Source: a virus (taxonomy: Duplodnaviria; Heunggongvirae; Uroviricota; Caudoviricetes). From it: a DNA stretch of 44,374 bases. The stretch lies in the IMG/VR virus record IMGVR_UViG_2534681761_000010; one strand, 5' to 3'. The stretch's first letter is position 1, and the number at the start of each line of letters is the position of its first letter. The notes below the pieces were generated by a model. The model made no database searches. It was given only the letters and a program-made list of their open reading frames with translations, and was not told the DNA's origin. The position numbers and the translations under genes are program-made. Shown here piece by piece: positions 33,530 through 44,349 of this stretch.

Positions 33530-33858
33530 TGGAGACGTTTCACTGGAAAATTCGTCCTGATATGACAGTGGCATCGGAACCGAAGGTGTTGACGGTAAAG
33601 CTGGGGGATGGCTATGAACAGCGGCGACCGGCAGGACTGAATAATTTATTGTCTGTTTACAGTGTGACTATCCGGATACGTAAAGGAGAACATCAGTCAC
33701 TGGAGGATTTTCTGGCGCGGCATGGCGGTGTCAGGGCGTTTCAGTGGGTGCCGCCTTATGGCTGGAAACCAGTCAGGGTGGTTTGTCGTAAATGGTCGAC
33801 ACGCGTTGGGGCGTTATGGGTGACTGTAACGGCAGATTTTGAGCAGGTGGTGAACTGA
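33529..33858 (+). CDS. M: Tail tip protein gpM
   Basis: FHWKIRPDM.VAS.P.V..V..GDGY.QR.PAGLN..L..YSVT...EFEQVVN parallels lambda M. Confidence 0.9.
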   Translation: METFHWKIRPDMTVASEPKVLTVKLGDGYEQRRPAGLNNLLSVYSVTIRIRKGEHQSLEDFLARHGGVRAFQWVPPYGWKPVRVVCRKWSTRVGALWVTVTADFEQVVN

Positions 33859-34556
33859 TGCAGGATATACAGCAGGAAACACTGAATGAATGCACCCGTG
33901 CGGAGCAGTCGGCCAGCGTGGTGCTCTGGGAAATCGATCTGACAGAGGTCGGTGGAGAACGTTATTTTTTCTGTAATGAGCAGAACGAAAAAGGTGAGCC
34001 GGTCACCTGGCAGGGGCGACAGTATCAGGCGTATCCCATTCAGGGGAGTGGTTTTGAACTGAATGGCAAGGGCAGTGCTGCCCGTCCGACACTGACGGTT
34101 TCTAACCTGCACGGCATGGTCACCGGGATGGCGGAAGACCTGCAGAGTCTGGTCGGCGGAACGGTGGTCCGGCGTAAGGTTTACGCCCGTTTTCTGGATG
34201 CGGTGAACTTCGTCAACGGAAACAGTGACGCCGATCCGGAGCAGGAGGTGATCAGCCGCTGGCGCATCGAGCAGTGCAGCGAACTGAGCGCGGTCAGTGC
34301 CTCTTTTGTACTGTCCACGCCGACGGAAACGGACGGCGCTGTTTTTCCGGGACGTATCATGCTGGCCAACACCTGCACCTGGACCTATCGCGGCGATGAG
34401 TGCGGTTATAGCGGTCCGGCGGTCGCGGATGAATATGACCAGCCGACGTCCGATATCACGAAGGATAAATGCAGCAAATGCCTGAGTGGCTGTAAGTTTC
34501 GCAATAACGTCTGCAACTTTGGCGGCTTCCTTTCCATTAACAAATTTTCGCAGTAA
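33858..34556 (+). CDS. L: Tail tip protein gpL
   Basis: Near-identical to lambda L as recalled (MQDIQQETLNECTRAEQSASVVLWEIDLTEVGGERYFFCNEQ...). Confidence 0.9.
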   Translation: MQDIQQETLNECTRAEQSASVVLWEIDLTEVGGERYFFCNEQNEKGEPVTWQGRQYQAYPIQGSGFELNGKGSAARPTLTVSNLHGMVTGMAEDLQSLVGGTVVRRKVYARFLDAVNFVNGNSDADPEQEVISRWRIEQCSELSAVSASFVLSTPTETDGAVFPGRIMLANTCTWTYRGDECGYSGPAVADEYDQPTSDITKDKCSKCLSGCKFRNNVCNFGGFLSINKFSQ

Positions 34557-34560
34557 TCCC

Positions 34561-35304
34561 ATGACAGAGACAGAATCAGCGATTCTGGCGCACGCCCGGC
34601 GATGTGCGCCAGCGGAGTCGTGCGGCTTCGTGGTGAGAACGCCGGAGGGGGAAAGATATTTTCCCTGCGTGAATATCTCCGGTGAGCCGGAGGATTATTT
34701 CCGGATAGCTCCGGAGGACTGGCTGCAGGCAGAAATGCAGGGGGAGATTGTGGCGCTGGTCCACAGTCATCCCGGTGGTCTGCCCTGGCTGAGTGATGCT
34801 GACCGGCGGCTGCAGGTGCAGAGTGATTTGCCGTGGTGGCTGGTCTGCCGGGGGGCGATTCATAAGTTCCGCTGTGTGCCGCATCTCACCGGGCGGCGCT
34901 TTGAGCACGGGTCGACGGACTGTTACACGCTGTTCCGGGATGCTTATCATCTGGCGGGGATTGAGATGCCGGATTTTCATCGCGGGTATGACTGGTGGCG
35001 TAACGGTCAGAATCTCTATCTGGATAATCTGGAGGCCACAGGGCTGTATCAGGTGCCGTTGTCAGCGGCGCAGCCGGGCGATGTGCTGCTGTGCTGTTTT
35101 GGTTCATCGGTGCCGAATCATGCCGCCATTTACTGTGGTGACAGCGAGCTGCTGCACCATATTCCTGAACAACTGAGCAAACGAGAGAGGTACACCGACA
35201 AATGGCAGCGACGCACACACTCCCTCTGGCGTCACCGGGCATGGCACGCATCTGCCTTTACGGGGATTTACAACGATTTGGCCGCCGCATCGACCTTCGA
35301 GTGA
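34561..35304 (+). CDS. K: Tail tip assembly protein gpK (JAB/MPN plus NlpC/P60-like)
   Basis: ATG at 34561 inside the 34486 ORF; MTETESAILAHARRCAPAESCGFVV and HSHPGG motif. Confidence 0.85.
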   Translation: MTETESAILAHARRCAPAESCGFVVRTPEGERYFPCVNISGEPEDYFRIAPEDWLQAEMQGEIVALVHSHPGGLPWLSDADRRLQVQSDLPWWLVCRGAIHKFRCVPHLTGRRFEHGSTDCYTLFRDAYHLAGIEMPDFHRGYDWWRNGQNLYLDNLEATGLYQVPLSAAQPGDVLLCCFGSSVPNHAAIYCGDSELLHHIPEQLSKRERYTDKWQRRTHSLWRHRAWHASAFTGIYNDLAAASTFE

Positions 35305-35849
35305 AAACGGGGTCCGAAGCCATCCGGGCGCTGGCCATGCAGAACCCGGCGTTTCGTCAGAAACTGAGCGACGGCTGGTACCAGGTACGCATTGCCGGGC
35401 GTGATGCAGGTGAAACCGAATTGTCTGCCCGTCTTAATGAGCCGCTGGCAAATGGTGCCGTGATCCACATCGTGCCGCATCTGGCGGGAGCTAAAAGTGG
35501 CGGTGTGTTTCAGGTGGTGCTGGGGGCGGCGCTGATTGCGGTGGCATGGTGGAACCCTGTGGGCTGGCTGGGTGCCGCGGCTGTATCGGGCATGTATGCG
35601 GCAGGGGCCAGTATGATCCTGGGCGGAGTGGCGCAGATGCTGGCACCGAAAGCCAGGACGCCCACGGCAGCAAGTACAGATAACGGCAAACAGAACACCT
35701 ATTTCTCCTCACTGGATAACATGGTTGCCCAGGGCAATGTTCTGCCCGTTCTGTACGGTGAAATGCGCGTGGGGTCGCGGGTGGTCTCTCAGGAGATCAG
35801 CACGGCAGACGAAGGGGATGGTGGTCAGGTTGTGGTGATTGGTCGCTGA
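35202..35849 (+). CDS. I: Tail tip assembly protein gpI
   Basis: MAATHTLPLASPGMARICLYGDLQRFGRRIDLRVKTG... and C-terminal NGKQNTYFSSLDNMVAQGNVLPVLYGEMRVGSRVVSQEIS as in lambda I; long overlap with K frame. Confidence 0.85.
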   Translation: MAATHTLPLASPGMARICLYGDLQRFGRRIDLRVKTGSEAIRALAMQNPAFRQKLSDGWYQVRIAGRDAGETELSARLNEPLANGAVIHIVPHLAGAKSGGVFQVVLGAALIAVAWWNPVGWLGAAAVSGMYAAGASMILGGVAQMLAPKARTPTAASTDNGKQNTYFSSLDNMVAQGNVLPVLYGEMRVGSRVVSQEISTADEGDGGQVVVIGR

Positions 35850-35909
35850 TGCAAAATGTTTTATGTGAAACCGCCTCCGGGCGGTTTTGTCGTTTATGGA
35901 GCGTGATGA

Positions 35910-38900
35910 ATGGGTAAAGGCAGCAGTAAGGGGCATACCCCGCGCGAAGCGAAGGACAACCTGAAGTCCACGCAGTTGCTGAGTGTGATCGATGCCATCA
36001 GCGAAGGGCCGGTTGAAGGTCCGGTGGATGGATTAAAAAGCGTGCTGCTGAACAGTACGCCGGTGCTGGACAGTGAGGGGAATACCAATATATCCGGCGT
36101 CACGGTGGTGTTCCGGGCCGGTGAGCAGGAGCAGACACCGCCGGAGGGATTTGAATCCTCCGGCTCCGAGACGGTGCTGGGTACGGAAGTGAAATATGAC
36201 ACGCCGATCACCCGGACCATCACGTCGGCAAACATCGACCGACTGCGCTTTACCTTCGGTGTGCAGGCACTGGTGGAAACCACCTCAAAGGGGGACCGGA
36301 ATCCGTCGGAAGTCCGCCTGCTGGTTCAGATACAGCGTAATGGTGGCTGGGGGACGGAAAAAGACATCACCATTAAAGGCAAAACCACCTCACAGTATCT
36401 GGCCTCGGTGGTGGTGGGTAACCTGCCGCCGCGCCCGTTCAATATCCGGATGCGCAGGATGACGCCGGACAGCACCACAGACCAGCTGCAGAACAAAACG
36501 CTCTGGTCGTCATACACCGAAATCATCGATGTGAAACAGTGCTACCCGAACACGGCACTGGTCGGCGTACAGGTGGATTCGGAGCAGTTCGGCAGCCAGC
36601 AGGTGAGCCGTAATTATCATCTGCGCGGGCGTATTCTGCAGGTGCCGTCGAACTATAACCCGCAGACTCGGCAATACAGCGGTATCTGGGACGGAACGTT
36701 TAAGCCAGCATACAGCAATAACATGGCCTGGTGTCTGTGGGATATGCTGACCCATCCACGCTACGGCATGGGGAAACGTCTTGGTGCGGCGGATGTGGAC
36801 AAATGGGCGCTGTATGTCATCGGCCAGTACTGCGACCAGTCAGTGCCGGACGGCTTTGGCGGCACGGAGCCGCGAATCACCTGTAATGCGTACCTGACCA
36901 CACAGCGCAAGGCGTGGGATGTGCTCAGTGATTTCTGCTCGGCGATGCGCTGTATGCCGGTATGGAACGGGCAGACGCTGACGTTCGTGCAGGACCGACC
37001 GTCGGATAAGGGGTGGACCTATAACCGCAGTAATGTGGTGATGCCGGATGATGGCGCGCCGTTCCGCTACAGCTTCAGCGCCCTGAAGGACCGCCATAAT
37101 GCCGTTGAGGTGAACTGGATTGACCCGGACAACGGCTGGGAGACGGCGACAGAGCTTGTTGAAGATACGCAGGCCATTGCCCGTTACAGTCGTAATGTCA
37201 CGAAGATGGATGCCTTTGGCTGTACCAGCCGGGGGCAGGCACACCGCGCCGGGCTGTGGCTGATTAAAACGGAACTGCTGGAGACGCAGACCGTGGATTT
37301 CAGCGTGGGTGCTGAAGGGCTTCGCCATGTACCGGGCGATGTCATTGAAATCTGCGATGATGACTATGCCGGTATCAGCACCGGTGGTCGCGTGCTGGCG
37401 GTGAACAGCCAGACCAGGACGCTGACGCTCGACCGTGAAATCACGCTGCCATCCTCCGGTACCACGCTGATAAGCCTGGTTGACGGTCAGGGTAATCCGG
37501 TCAGCGTGGAGGTCCAGTCCGTCACCGACGGCGTGAAGGTAAAAGTGAGCCGTGTTCCTGACGGTGTTGCTGAATACAGCGTATGGGGGCTGAAGTTGCC
37601 GACGCTGCGCCAGCGACTGTTCCGCTGCGTGAGTATCCGTGAGAACGACGACGGCACGTATGCCATCACCGCCGTGCAGCATGTGCCGGAAAAAGAGGCC
37701 ATCGTGGATAACGGGGCGCACTTTGACGGCGACCAGAGCAGCACGGTGAATGGTGTCACGCCGCCAGCGGTGCAGCACCTGACCGCCGAAGTCACCGCAG
37801 ACAGCGGGGAATATCAGGTGCTGGCGCGCTGGGACACGCCGAAGGTGGTGAAGGGCGTGAGCTTCCTGCTCCGTCTGACCGTAACAGCGGATGACGGCAG
37901 TGAGCGGCTGGTCAGCACGGCCCGGACGACGGAAACCACATACCGCTTCACGCAACTGGCGCTGGGGAACTACAGGCTGACAGTCCGGGCGGTAAATGCG
38001 TGGGGACAGCAGGGCGATCCTGCCACCACCACCTTCCGGATTAACGCACCTGCAAAACCCGCCACCATTGAGCTGACGCCGGGGTATTTTCAGATAACGG
38101 CGGTCCCGCGTCTTGCGGTGTATGACCCGACGGTACAGTTTGAATTCTGGTTCTCAGAAAAACGCATCACGAACACAGCACAGGTGGAAAAATCTGCCCG
38201 TTATCTGGGGACAGGCAGTCAGTGGACTGTCCAGGGGAGCCGGATTAAGCCGGGGACGGATTTCTGGTTTTACGTGCGAAGCGTCAACCTGGTGGGAAAA
38301 TCTGCTTTTGTGGAAGCCAGCGGGCAGCCCAGCAATGATGGTGAAGGGTATCTGGAAATTTTCCGGGGGCTGATAGATGAGACGCTTCTTGGTCAGGCAC
38401 TGAAAGAGCGCATTGATGCTTCAGCGCTGCGTACGGAGGTCACGCAACTGGAAGAAGACATCCGTCAGCGGATGGACACGGATATCGCAGAAGTGACCCG
38501 GAAAATCGGGAAGGCGGAAAACACTCTCACGCAGCTGGTTGCGAAAAAGAATGAGGACCAGGCACTGGCCATCGCGCAGGTGAACCAGAAAGTGGACCGG
38601 GTGAGCAGTGAAATCTCACAGACTGTCAGCCAGGGGCAGTCAGAAAACGCCCGACAGATAGCACAGGTCCGCCAGTACGTGGATAAAAAAGGGAGTGAAA
38701 TTACCTCGACCACGGATAAAAAGCTGGGTGACCAGGCCGTGACCATACAGCAAATCCAGCGGGTTCAGTCAGACACGCGCAATGAGCTGAATGCCATGTA
38801 TATGCTGAAGGTGCAGAAAACAAAAAACGGTATTCCCTATGTGGCTGGGATTGGCGCGGGGATTGAGGATGTTGATGGTCAGACGCTGAGCAGTATTCTG

Positions 38901-39611
38901 CTGCAGGCTGACCGTATCGCGATGATTACCCCGGAGAACGGCAACACCACGCCGCTGTTTGTGGCGCAGGGGAATCAGCTGTTCATGAACGACGTGTTCC
39001 TGAAGCGACTGTTTGCGGTGAGCATCACGTCATCCGGCAATCCTCCTACGTTTTCCCTGACGCCGGACGGGCGGCTGACGGCGAAAAATGCAGATATTAG
39101 CGGTAACGTGAATGCGAACTCCGGGACGCTCAACAACGTCACGATTAACCAGAACTGCCGGGTTCTGGGAAAACTGTCCGCGAACCAGATTGAAGGCGAT
39201 CTCGTTAAAACAGTGGGAAAAGCCTTTCCGAGAAATGGCAGTTATGCCAGCGGTACAATAACGGTCACTGTGTACGATGACCAGGCTTTTGACCGTCAGA
39301 TAGTAGTCCCCCCCGTTCTGTTTCGTGGGGGTAAGCATGAAAACTTCAACAGCCACAACCAACATTCATACTGGTATTCAACCTGTAAGCTGCAGGTACT
39401 GAAGAACGGACAGGAAATCTTTCAGCAACCCGCGACGGATGTCAGCAGGGTATTTTCATCCGTCATTGATATGCCTGCCGGACACGGCCATGTCACCCTG
39501 ACTTTCAATGTTTCTTCATATGGTGCTAATAACTGGACGCCAACGACCAGTATCAGCGACCTTCTTGTTATTGTGATGAAGAAATCTACAGCCGGTATCA
39601 GTATCAGTTGA
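35910..39611 (+). CDS. J: Central tail fibre / host specificity protein gpJ
   Basis: 1233 aa; N-terminal about 900 aa closely parallel lambda J; C-terminal receptor-binding region differs. Confidence 0.9.
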   Translation: MGKGSSKGHTPREAKDNLKSTQLLSVIDAISEGPVEGPVDGLKSVLLNSTPVLDSEGNTNISGVTVVFRAGEQEQTPPEGFESSGSETVLGTEVKYDTPITRTITSANIDRLRFTFGVQALVETTSKGDRNPSEVRLLVQIQRNGGWGTEKDITIKGKTTSQYLASVVVGNLPPRPFNIRMRRMTPDSTTDQLQNKTLWSSYTEIIDVKQCYPNTALVGVQVDSEQFGSQQVSRNYHLRGRILQVPSNYNPQTRQYSGIWDGTFKPAYSNNMAWCLWDMLTHPRYGMGKRLGAADVDKWALYVIGQYCDQSVPDGFGGTEPRITCNAYLTTQRKAWDVLSDFCSAMRCMPVWNGQTLTFVQDRPSDKGWTYNRSNVVMPDDGAPFRYSFSALKDRHNAVEVNWIDPDNGWETATELVEDTQAIARYSRNVTKMDAFGCTSRGQAHRAGLWLIKTELLETQTVDFSVGAEGLRHVPGDVIEICDDDYAGISTGGRVLAVNSQTRTLTLDREITLPSSGTTLISLVDGQGNPVSVEVQSVTDGVKVKVSRVPDGVAEYSVWGLKLPTLRQRLFRCVSIRENDDGTYAITAVQHVPEKEAIVDNGAHFDGDQSSTVNGVTPPAVQHLTAEVTADSGEYQVLARWDTPKVVKGVSFLLRLTVTADDGSERLVSTARTTETTYRFTQLALGNYRLTVRAVNAWGQQGDPATTTFRINAPAKPATIELTPGYFQITAVPRLAVYDPTVQFEFWFSEKRITNTAQVEKSARYLGTGSQWTVQGSRIKPGTDFWFYVRSVNLVGKSAFVEASGQPSNDGEGYLEIFRGLIDETLLGQALKERIDASALRTEVTQLEEDIRQRMDTDIAEVTRKIGKAENTLTQLVAKKNEDQALAIAQVNQKVDRVSSEISQTVSQGQSENARQIAQVRQYVDKKGSEITSTTDKKLGDQAVTIQQIQRVQSDTRNELNAMYMLKVQKTKNGIPYVAGIGAGIEDVDGQTLSSILLQADRIAMITPENGNTTPLFVAQGNQLFMNDVFLKRLFAVSITSSGNPPTFSLTPDGRLTAKNADISGNVNANSGTLNNVTINQNCRVLGKLSANQIEGDLVKTVGKAFPRNGSYASGTITVTVYDDQAFDRQIVVPPVLFRGGKHENFNSHNQHSYWYSTCKLQVLKNGQEIFQQPATDVSRVFSSVIDMPAGHGHVTLTFNVSSYGANNWTPTTSISDLLVIVMKKSTAGISIS

Positions 39612-39678
39612 ATTTTATAACCCCAATACGGGCGCCAGAAATGGCGCCTTTTTTATTGCAGAAAAGCGAGAGGTAATT

Positions 39679-40278
39679 ATGCGTAAATTATGTGCTGTTA
39701 TTCTGTCCGCAGTAGTCTGGCTGGTTGCCGCTGGTACGCCAGCGAGCGCAGCAGAACATCAGTCCACGCTGAGCGCGGGGTATCTTCATGCCCGTACGAA
39801 CGCTCCCGGTAGTGATGATCTGAACGGGATTAACGTGAAATACCGTTATGAGTTTACGGACATGCTGGGTGTTGTGACGTCATTCAGTTATGCCAATGCC
39901 AAAGATGAGCAAAAAACGCATTACAGCGATACCCGCTGGCATGAGGATTCCGTGCGTAACCGCGGGTTCAGTGTGATGGCGGGGCCGTCTGTTCGCGTGA
40001 ATGAATGGTTCAGCGCGTATGCGATGGCGGGTATGGCTTACAGCCGTGTGTCGACTTTCTCCGGGGATTATATCCGCGTAACTGACAACAAGGGGAAAAC
40101 GCACGATGTGCTGACCGGAAGTGATGACGGTCGCCACAGCAACACGTCTCTGGCGTGGGGAGCTGGCGTGCAGTTTAACCCGACCGAATCCGTGGCCATT
40201 GATATTGCTTATGAAGTCTCCGGCAGTGGCGACTGGCGCACTGACGGTTTCATCGTGGGTGTCGGTTATAAGTTCTGA
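39679..40278 (+). CDS. lom: Outer-membrane beta-barrel protein Lom (Ail/Lom family)
   Basis: Signal peptide; GINVKYRYEF and C-terminal YEVSGSGDWRTDGFIVGVGYKF as in lambda Lom. Confidence 0.85.
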   Translation: MRKLCAVILSAVVWLVAAGTPASAAEHQSTLSAGYLHARTNAPGSDDLNGINVKYRYEFTDMLGVVTSFSYANAKDEQKTHYSDTRWHEDSVRNRGFSVMAGPSVRVNEWFSAYAMAGMAYSRVSTFSGDYIRVTDNKGKTHDVLTGSDDGRHSNTSLAWGAGVQFNPTESVAIDIAYEVSGSGDWRTDGFIVGVGYKF

Positions 40279-40309
40279 TTAGCCAGGTAACACAGTGTTA
40301 TGACAGCAT

Positions 40310-40336
40310 GCCTGTTCAATCAGGCGGGCTTTTTTG
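40310..40336 (+). terminator. Terminator-like hairpin after lom
   Basis: GCCTG-TTCAAT-CAGGC followed by GGGCTTTTTT. Confidence 0.4.
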
Positions 40337-40346
40337 TGGGGTGAAT

Positions 40347-43300
40347 ATGGCAGTAAAGATTTCAGGTGTACTGAAAGATGGGGCGGGTAAACCTGTCGTA
40401 AATTGTGCGATTGAACTGCGGGCCAGAAGAACCAGCCCGACCGTTGTGGCGCACGTTGTCGCCACTTGTGTGACGGACAATAACGGTGCTTATGTGATTG
40501 AGGCTGAGCCGGGGTATTACGAGGTTGCGCTTCACCGTAACGGCTGGCAGCCAACCCGTGTCGGGGATATTTATGTGGCACCGACTGATGCACCGGGGAC
40601 ACTGAATGCGTTTCTGGATGCACCAAAGGATAGGGATTTACGTCCGGAGGTGATGAAGCGCTTTGAGGAAATGGTGGATGCGGTTGCCCGGCAGTCGGAG
40701 CAGGTCACCAATGATCGTGAAAGGGCAGAGGCGGTAGCGGAGGCAGCAACAAACGCAGCGAACTCTGCTCTTGACAGTAAAAATAAGGCAGAAGATCTAA
40801 AAAATAAGGCACAGCAAAATGCCGAAGCCGCTGCAGAAAGCGAACGACAGGCCGGGCAACATGTCGCTGATGCGCAGAAGATTAAGGGTGATTGCCAGAC
40901 GCTGGCGGATAACGTACAGCAGAATGCAGAATCCGTTGCCGAAGATAAAAAGCAGGTGGCACAGCTGGCATCATCTGCCACACAGGATGCGGCCAGCGCA
41001 GAGCAGGCTGTCAAGGATGCTGACTCGATAGTCCGGAAAGCGGTCGATAAACTCGGTGAAGCTGCAACGCTGACCGGCGAGGCAAAAGCCAGCGCCGAAG
41101 CGGCAGCAAAAAGCGAACAGAACGCGAAACAGCACAGGGACGAGGCGCAACGGATAGTTGATGACCTGAAGGGAAGCAATGCTTCCACGACAGAAAAAGG
41201 CCTGGTGCAACTCTGTAGTGATACGGACAACGACAGCGAAGAACTGGCAGCCACACCGAAGGCCGTCAAAACCGTCATGGACGAGACGAAAACAAAAGCG
41301 CCGCTGGACAGCCCGGCATTCACCGGCACGCCCACCACACCAACCCCACCGGACGATGCTGCCGGTCTGGAAACAGCGAACGCGGCATTTGTCCGCAAAC
41401 TGCTCGCTGCACTGGTTGACTCGTCACCGGAGGCCCTGGACACGCTGAACGAGCTGGCAGCGGCGCTGGGAAATGACCCGAATTTTGCGACGACAGTCAC
41501 CAAAGCACTGGCAGGTAAACAGCCACTCAGTGACGTGTTAACCGCAATCAGTAATCTGGAAGAACGGGCAGATAATCTTCTGTGCTTTAATCAGGACGGA
41601 AATGCTTCACTGTCTCCACTGTCAGAAAAAGCCCGGTCACTGCTGGCACAGGCCACAGTGGAAGCTATGCGCAATGAGCTTGAGCTGAAAAGCGCAGCGG
41701 TAATGGATATTCAGACAGACATTCACGACAGCACGAAAGGCCGCATTGCGCTTCCCGGTGCGTATGGTTACGGAATGACGGACGCCGGAGCGCGTTCAAT
41801 TATTGCCAGCGATATGGCGACTGTAGCCAGAACCGCTCACAACCTGCATCCGGGACGCTATTACACCTTTGCCACACGAACGGAAGAAACAACCGGGATA
41901 ACAGAAATTATCTGGCTGGATAATGGCCGGGCCGACAAAACCAGCCAGACAGCAACAAAGCTGGTTCTGTTTTTTGGAAAAGACGGACGGATTCTTATGA
42001 CCGTTCGTGGCGATAATATCTCCGCCCCGGTCACCTGGACGAATCTGACGCCACAACTTGGCAATGCAGCACAGAAGGATGCGCAGGAGAATATTTACGA
42101 CCGCACCGAAGGCCGTCTGGCGATTCCCGGCATGTTTGGATTCGGGAAAGTATTTTTCATCGGCGACAGGACCGAGTTTAAAACAGAGGCCGATTTTCTC
42201 CGCTGGGTAAAAACGGCAAATCCCGGACGCTATGCCGTTTATGCAGATACAAATGCGGTAATACAGGGCGTGCTGTTCAAGGGTACCGTTGAAATTATCT
42301 GGCCGGAACCTCAAATCAGCCATGATACGGCATATGTGGCCAAAATCATTATTTTTTACGGTATTAACGGTCATATTTATTACAATCGCTACTGGACTAC
42401 CGGAGGTGGTTATCTGGTTGGCTGGGAAAACCTGAAAGTCAACGAGGCTTCACTCCGGGCACTGATTGAAACCCGAGCGCCACTGAACAGTCCGGCACTG
42501 ACCGGAACGCCGTCCACGCCAACACCACCGGATGATGCAGCAGGTAATGAAATAGCCAATGCGGCGTTTGTCCGCAAACTGCTCGCCACGCTGGTTGGCT
42601 CATCACCGGAAGCCCTGGACACGCTGAACGAGCTGGCAGCGGCACTGGGCAATGACCCGAACTTTGCGACAACCGTCACTAATGCACTGGCAGGGAAACA
42701 GCCGCTTAATGACGTGTTAACGGCTGTCAGCAAGATAACACCGGAAGAAAACACACTGCCCTATTTCAGTGCAGATGGCAGGATTTTACTGGCGCAGTTG
42801 TCAGAAAAAGCCCGCGCATTACTGGCACTGGACACACCTGAAGCCATGCGCACGGAGCTTGAACTGAAAGCGGCTGCGACGATGGAACCCCAGAGCGATA
42901 TCCGCGACCGCACACCGGGCAGACTGGCACTGTCCGGCATGCATGGATTCGGTCAGGCATTCACCAGTGCCGACGCTCTGACATTTAACGGGCAGGCCGA
43001 TTTTGTTGAATGGCTGAAAAAGGCCGCCCCGGGGCGTTATGCGGTCAGTATTGCGGACTCTTCCATGCTGCTGGTTGGCACCAAGAAATTTAACGGCACC
43101 ATTGATGTGATGTGGTCGCCCTTTGATAACGATGAATCGGACACAGTGCGTAAATTCAAAACGTTGCTGTTTTTTAACCAGTATTACGAAGGTGAGCACA
43201 GTATTCATCGCCTGACTTACAGCTTTAGTGGAAACAACTGGAATGCAACAGTAAACCCCATTATTTACGACGGCGATTCGCTGGCGTTCCTGCTGTCCAG

Positions 43301-43610
43301 GACGGCGGGCTCAGGCTCATATTACAAATATCCGGCAGTTGGTGTGCCGATTATGGCGGCATATCAGGGGGAAAGTTTTGGTGCTGATGTGTCTCTGGGA
43401 CTCGGTGATATTGTGCCGGGTTCCCGTCTTGGCCCTCTGGCTATGAATGCTTCAGTTAGCGATTCAGGGACATACGGATCCACACCGCAAGTGTCAATTG
43501 GTAGTGCCAGTACATACAACTTCCCCGGTCGTTATATGGCACTTTCTGGGTCACGCAGTAATCACGGTAGAAAACTTGGCTATATTGGTCTTTTTGTGCG
43601 CATCGATTAA
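40347..43610 (+). CDS. stf: Side tail fibre protein (Stf-like) with internal about 85-aa duplication
   Basis: N-terminus MAVKISGVLKDGAGKPV as in lambda Stf; Ala/Glu-rich coiled coil; two copies of the T(P)KAVK...SPA(F/L)TGTP(T/S)TPTPPDDAAG...LNELAAALGNDPNFATTVT segment. Confidence 0.85.
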   Translation: MAVKISGVLKDGAGKPVVNCAIELRARRTSPTVVAHVVATCVTDNNGAYVIEAEPGYYEVALHRNGWQPTRVGDIYVAPTDAPGTLNAFLDAPKDRDLRPEVMKRFEEMVDAVARQSEQVTNDRERAEAVAEAATNAANSALDSKNKAEDLKNKAQQNAEAAAESERQAGQHVADAQKIKGDCQTLADNVQQNAESVAEDKKQVAQLASSATQDAASAEQAVKDADSIVRKAVDKLGEAATLTGEAKASAEAAAKSEQNAKQHRDEAQRIVDDLKGSNASTTEKGLVQLCSDTDNDSEELAATPKAVKTVMDETKTKAPLDSPAFTGTPTTPTPPDDAAGLETANAAFVRKLLAALVDSSPEALDTLNELAAALGNDPNFATTVTKALAGKQPLSDVLTAISNLEERADNLLCFNQDGNASLSPLSEKARSLLAQATVEAMRNELELKSAAVMDIQTDIHDSTKGRIALPGAYGYGMTDAGARSIIASDMATVARTAHNLHPGRYYTFATRTEETTGITEIIWLDNGRADKTSQTATKLVLFFGKDGRILMTVRGDNISAPVTWTNLTPQLGNAAQKDAQENIYDRTEGRLAIPGMFGFGKVFFIGDRTEFKTEADFLRWVKTANPGRYAVYADTNAVIQGVLFKGTVEIIWPEPQISHDTAYVAKIIIFYGINGHIYYNRYWTTGGGYLVGWENLKVNEASLRALIETRAPLNSPALTGTPSTPTPPDDAAGNEIANAAFVRKLLATLVGSSPEALDTLNELAAALGNDPNFATTVTNALAGKQPLNDVLTAVSKITPEENTLPYFSADGRILLAQLSEKARALLALDTPEAMRTELELKAAATMEPQSDIRDRTPGRLALSGMHGFGQAFTSADALTFNGQADFVEWLKKAAPGRYAVSIADSSMLLVGTKKFNGTIDVMWSPFDNDESDTVRKFKTLLFFNQYYEGEHSIHRLTYSFSGNNWNATVNPIIYDGDSLAFLLSRTAGSGSYYKYPAVGVPIMAAYQGESFGADVSLGLGDIVPGSRLGPLAMNASVSDSGTYGSTPQVSIGSASTYNFPGRYMALSGSRSNHGRKLGYIGLFVRID
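41285..41550 (+). repeat. Intragenic direct repeat copy 1 within stf
   Basis: DNA and protein near-identical to 42475-42730. Confidence 0.7.
42475..42730 (+). repeat. Intragenic direct repeat copy 2 within stf
   Basis: Shares GTTTGTCCGCAAACTGCTCGC...GACACGCTGAACGAGCTGGCAGCGGC with copy 1. Confidence 0.7.
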
Positions 43611-43623
43611 CGGGGAATAAAAC

Positions 43624-44208
43624 ATGAAAATCAGAGCAGTAAAGGGCATCAGAAACGCCCATTATCTCGAAAATGGGGCGGTTGACTGCGAGGTGTTATT
43701 TGAAGGTGAAACGGAATTCGTCCCGTATACCGCCATGCAGGACGATAGCGCCCCGACAGGCCAGCACGTCTGGGAGGAACTTCAAAGCGGCAAATGGGGT
43801 GAAATCACCCCGTTTACAGTCACGCCTGAACTTATCGCAGCGGCAAAAGATGCCAAAAAGATGGAAATCGAGGCGTGGCGTACAGAACAGGAAGCACTGC
43901 CGTTCACGTTCGAATGGAACGGTCGCACCTGGAATGCTGGCCCTGACTCAATGGCTCGTCTTTATCCGGTAGTAATGGCGGCGAAATCCGATACGGCACG
44001 AACCACCCTTACGTGGGGTGATGCCGATAATCAACAGGTGAAACTGTCGATGCAGGAACTTGAAGAACTGGCGGCAGCAATGGCGCAGGCGCAGCTCGAT
44101 CGCAATGACGAGATTTATCGACGTCAGCGGGAGATGAAGGAAGAACTGAATAATCTGGAGGATTTGGGTTCAATCAGGAAACTGGTCGTTAGCTCAGAAA
44201 AACCTTGA
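43624..44208 (+). CDS. tfa: Tail fibre assembly protein (Tfa-like chaperone)
   Basis: 194 aa immediately downstream of stf; typical position and size. Confidence 0.65.
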   Translation: MKIRAVKGIRNAHYLENGAVDCEVLFEGETEFVPYTAMQDDSAPTGQHVWEELQSGKWGEITPFTVTPELIAAAKDAKKMEIEAWRTEQEALPFTFEWNGRTWNAGPDSMARLYPVVMAAKSDTARTTLTWGDADNQQVKLSMQELEELAAAMAQAQLDRNDEIYRRQREMKEELNNLEDLGSIRKLVVSSEKP

Positions 44209-44349
44209 GGCCACAAAGACATCAAAAGAGGTGCTCGCGGGAAAAATATCGCAGATATTAAAGACTGAAAATATACCAATTGGTATACCAAGTTTATACC
44301 AAGAGCCAAAAAAGCAAAGGGGCTACCATTTTGTAACCCCTTGATTATT
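44209..44349. promoter_or_regulatory. attR arm region with clustered integrase arm-type repeats (TATACCAAG x3, one as palindrome ATACCAATTGGTAT)
   Basis: 44273-44303 ATATACCAATTGGTATACCAAGTTTATACCAAG; same 9-mer occurs once in the left arm (134-143). Confidence 0.45.

Noticed and set aside
36840-37955. Long minus-strand ORFs inside tail genes (for example 36840-37955 inside J, 33756-34562 inside L/K, 40571-41503 and 41796-42374 inside stf, 2126-2789 plus-strand ORFs inside the exonuclease gene)
   Set aside because: They lie entirely antisense to, or out of frame within, well-supported conserved phage genes; GC-rich antisense frames are commonly open by chance.
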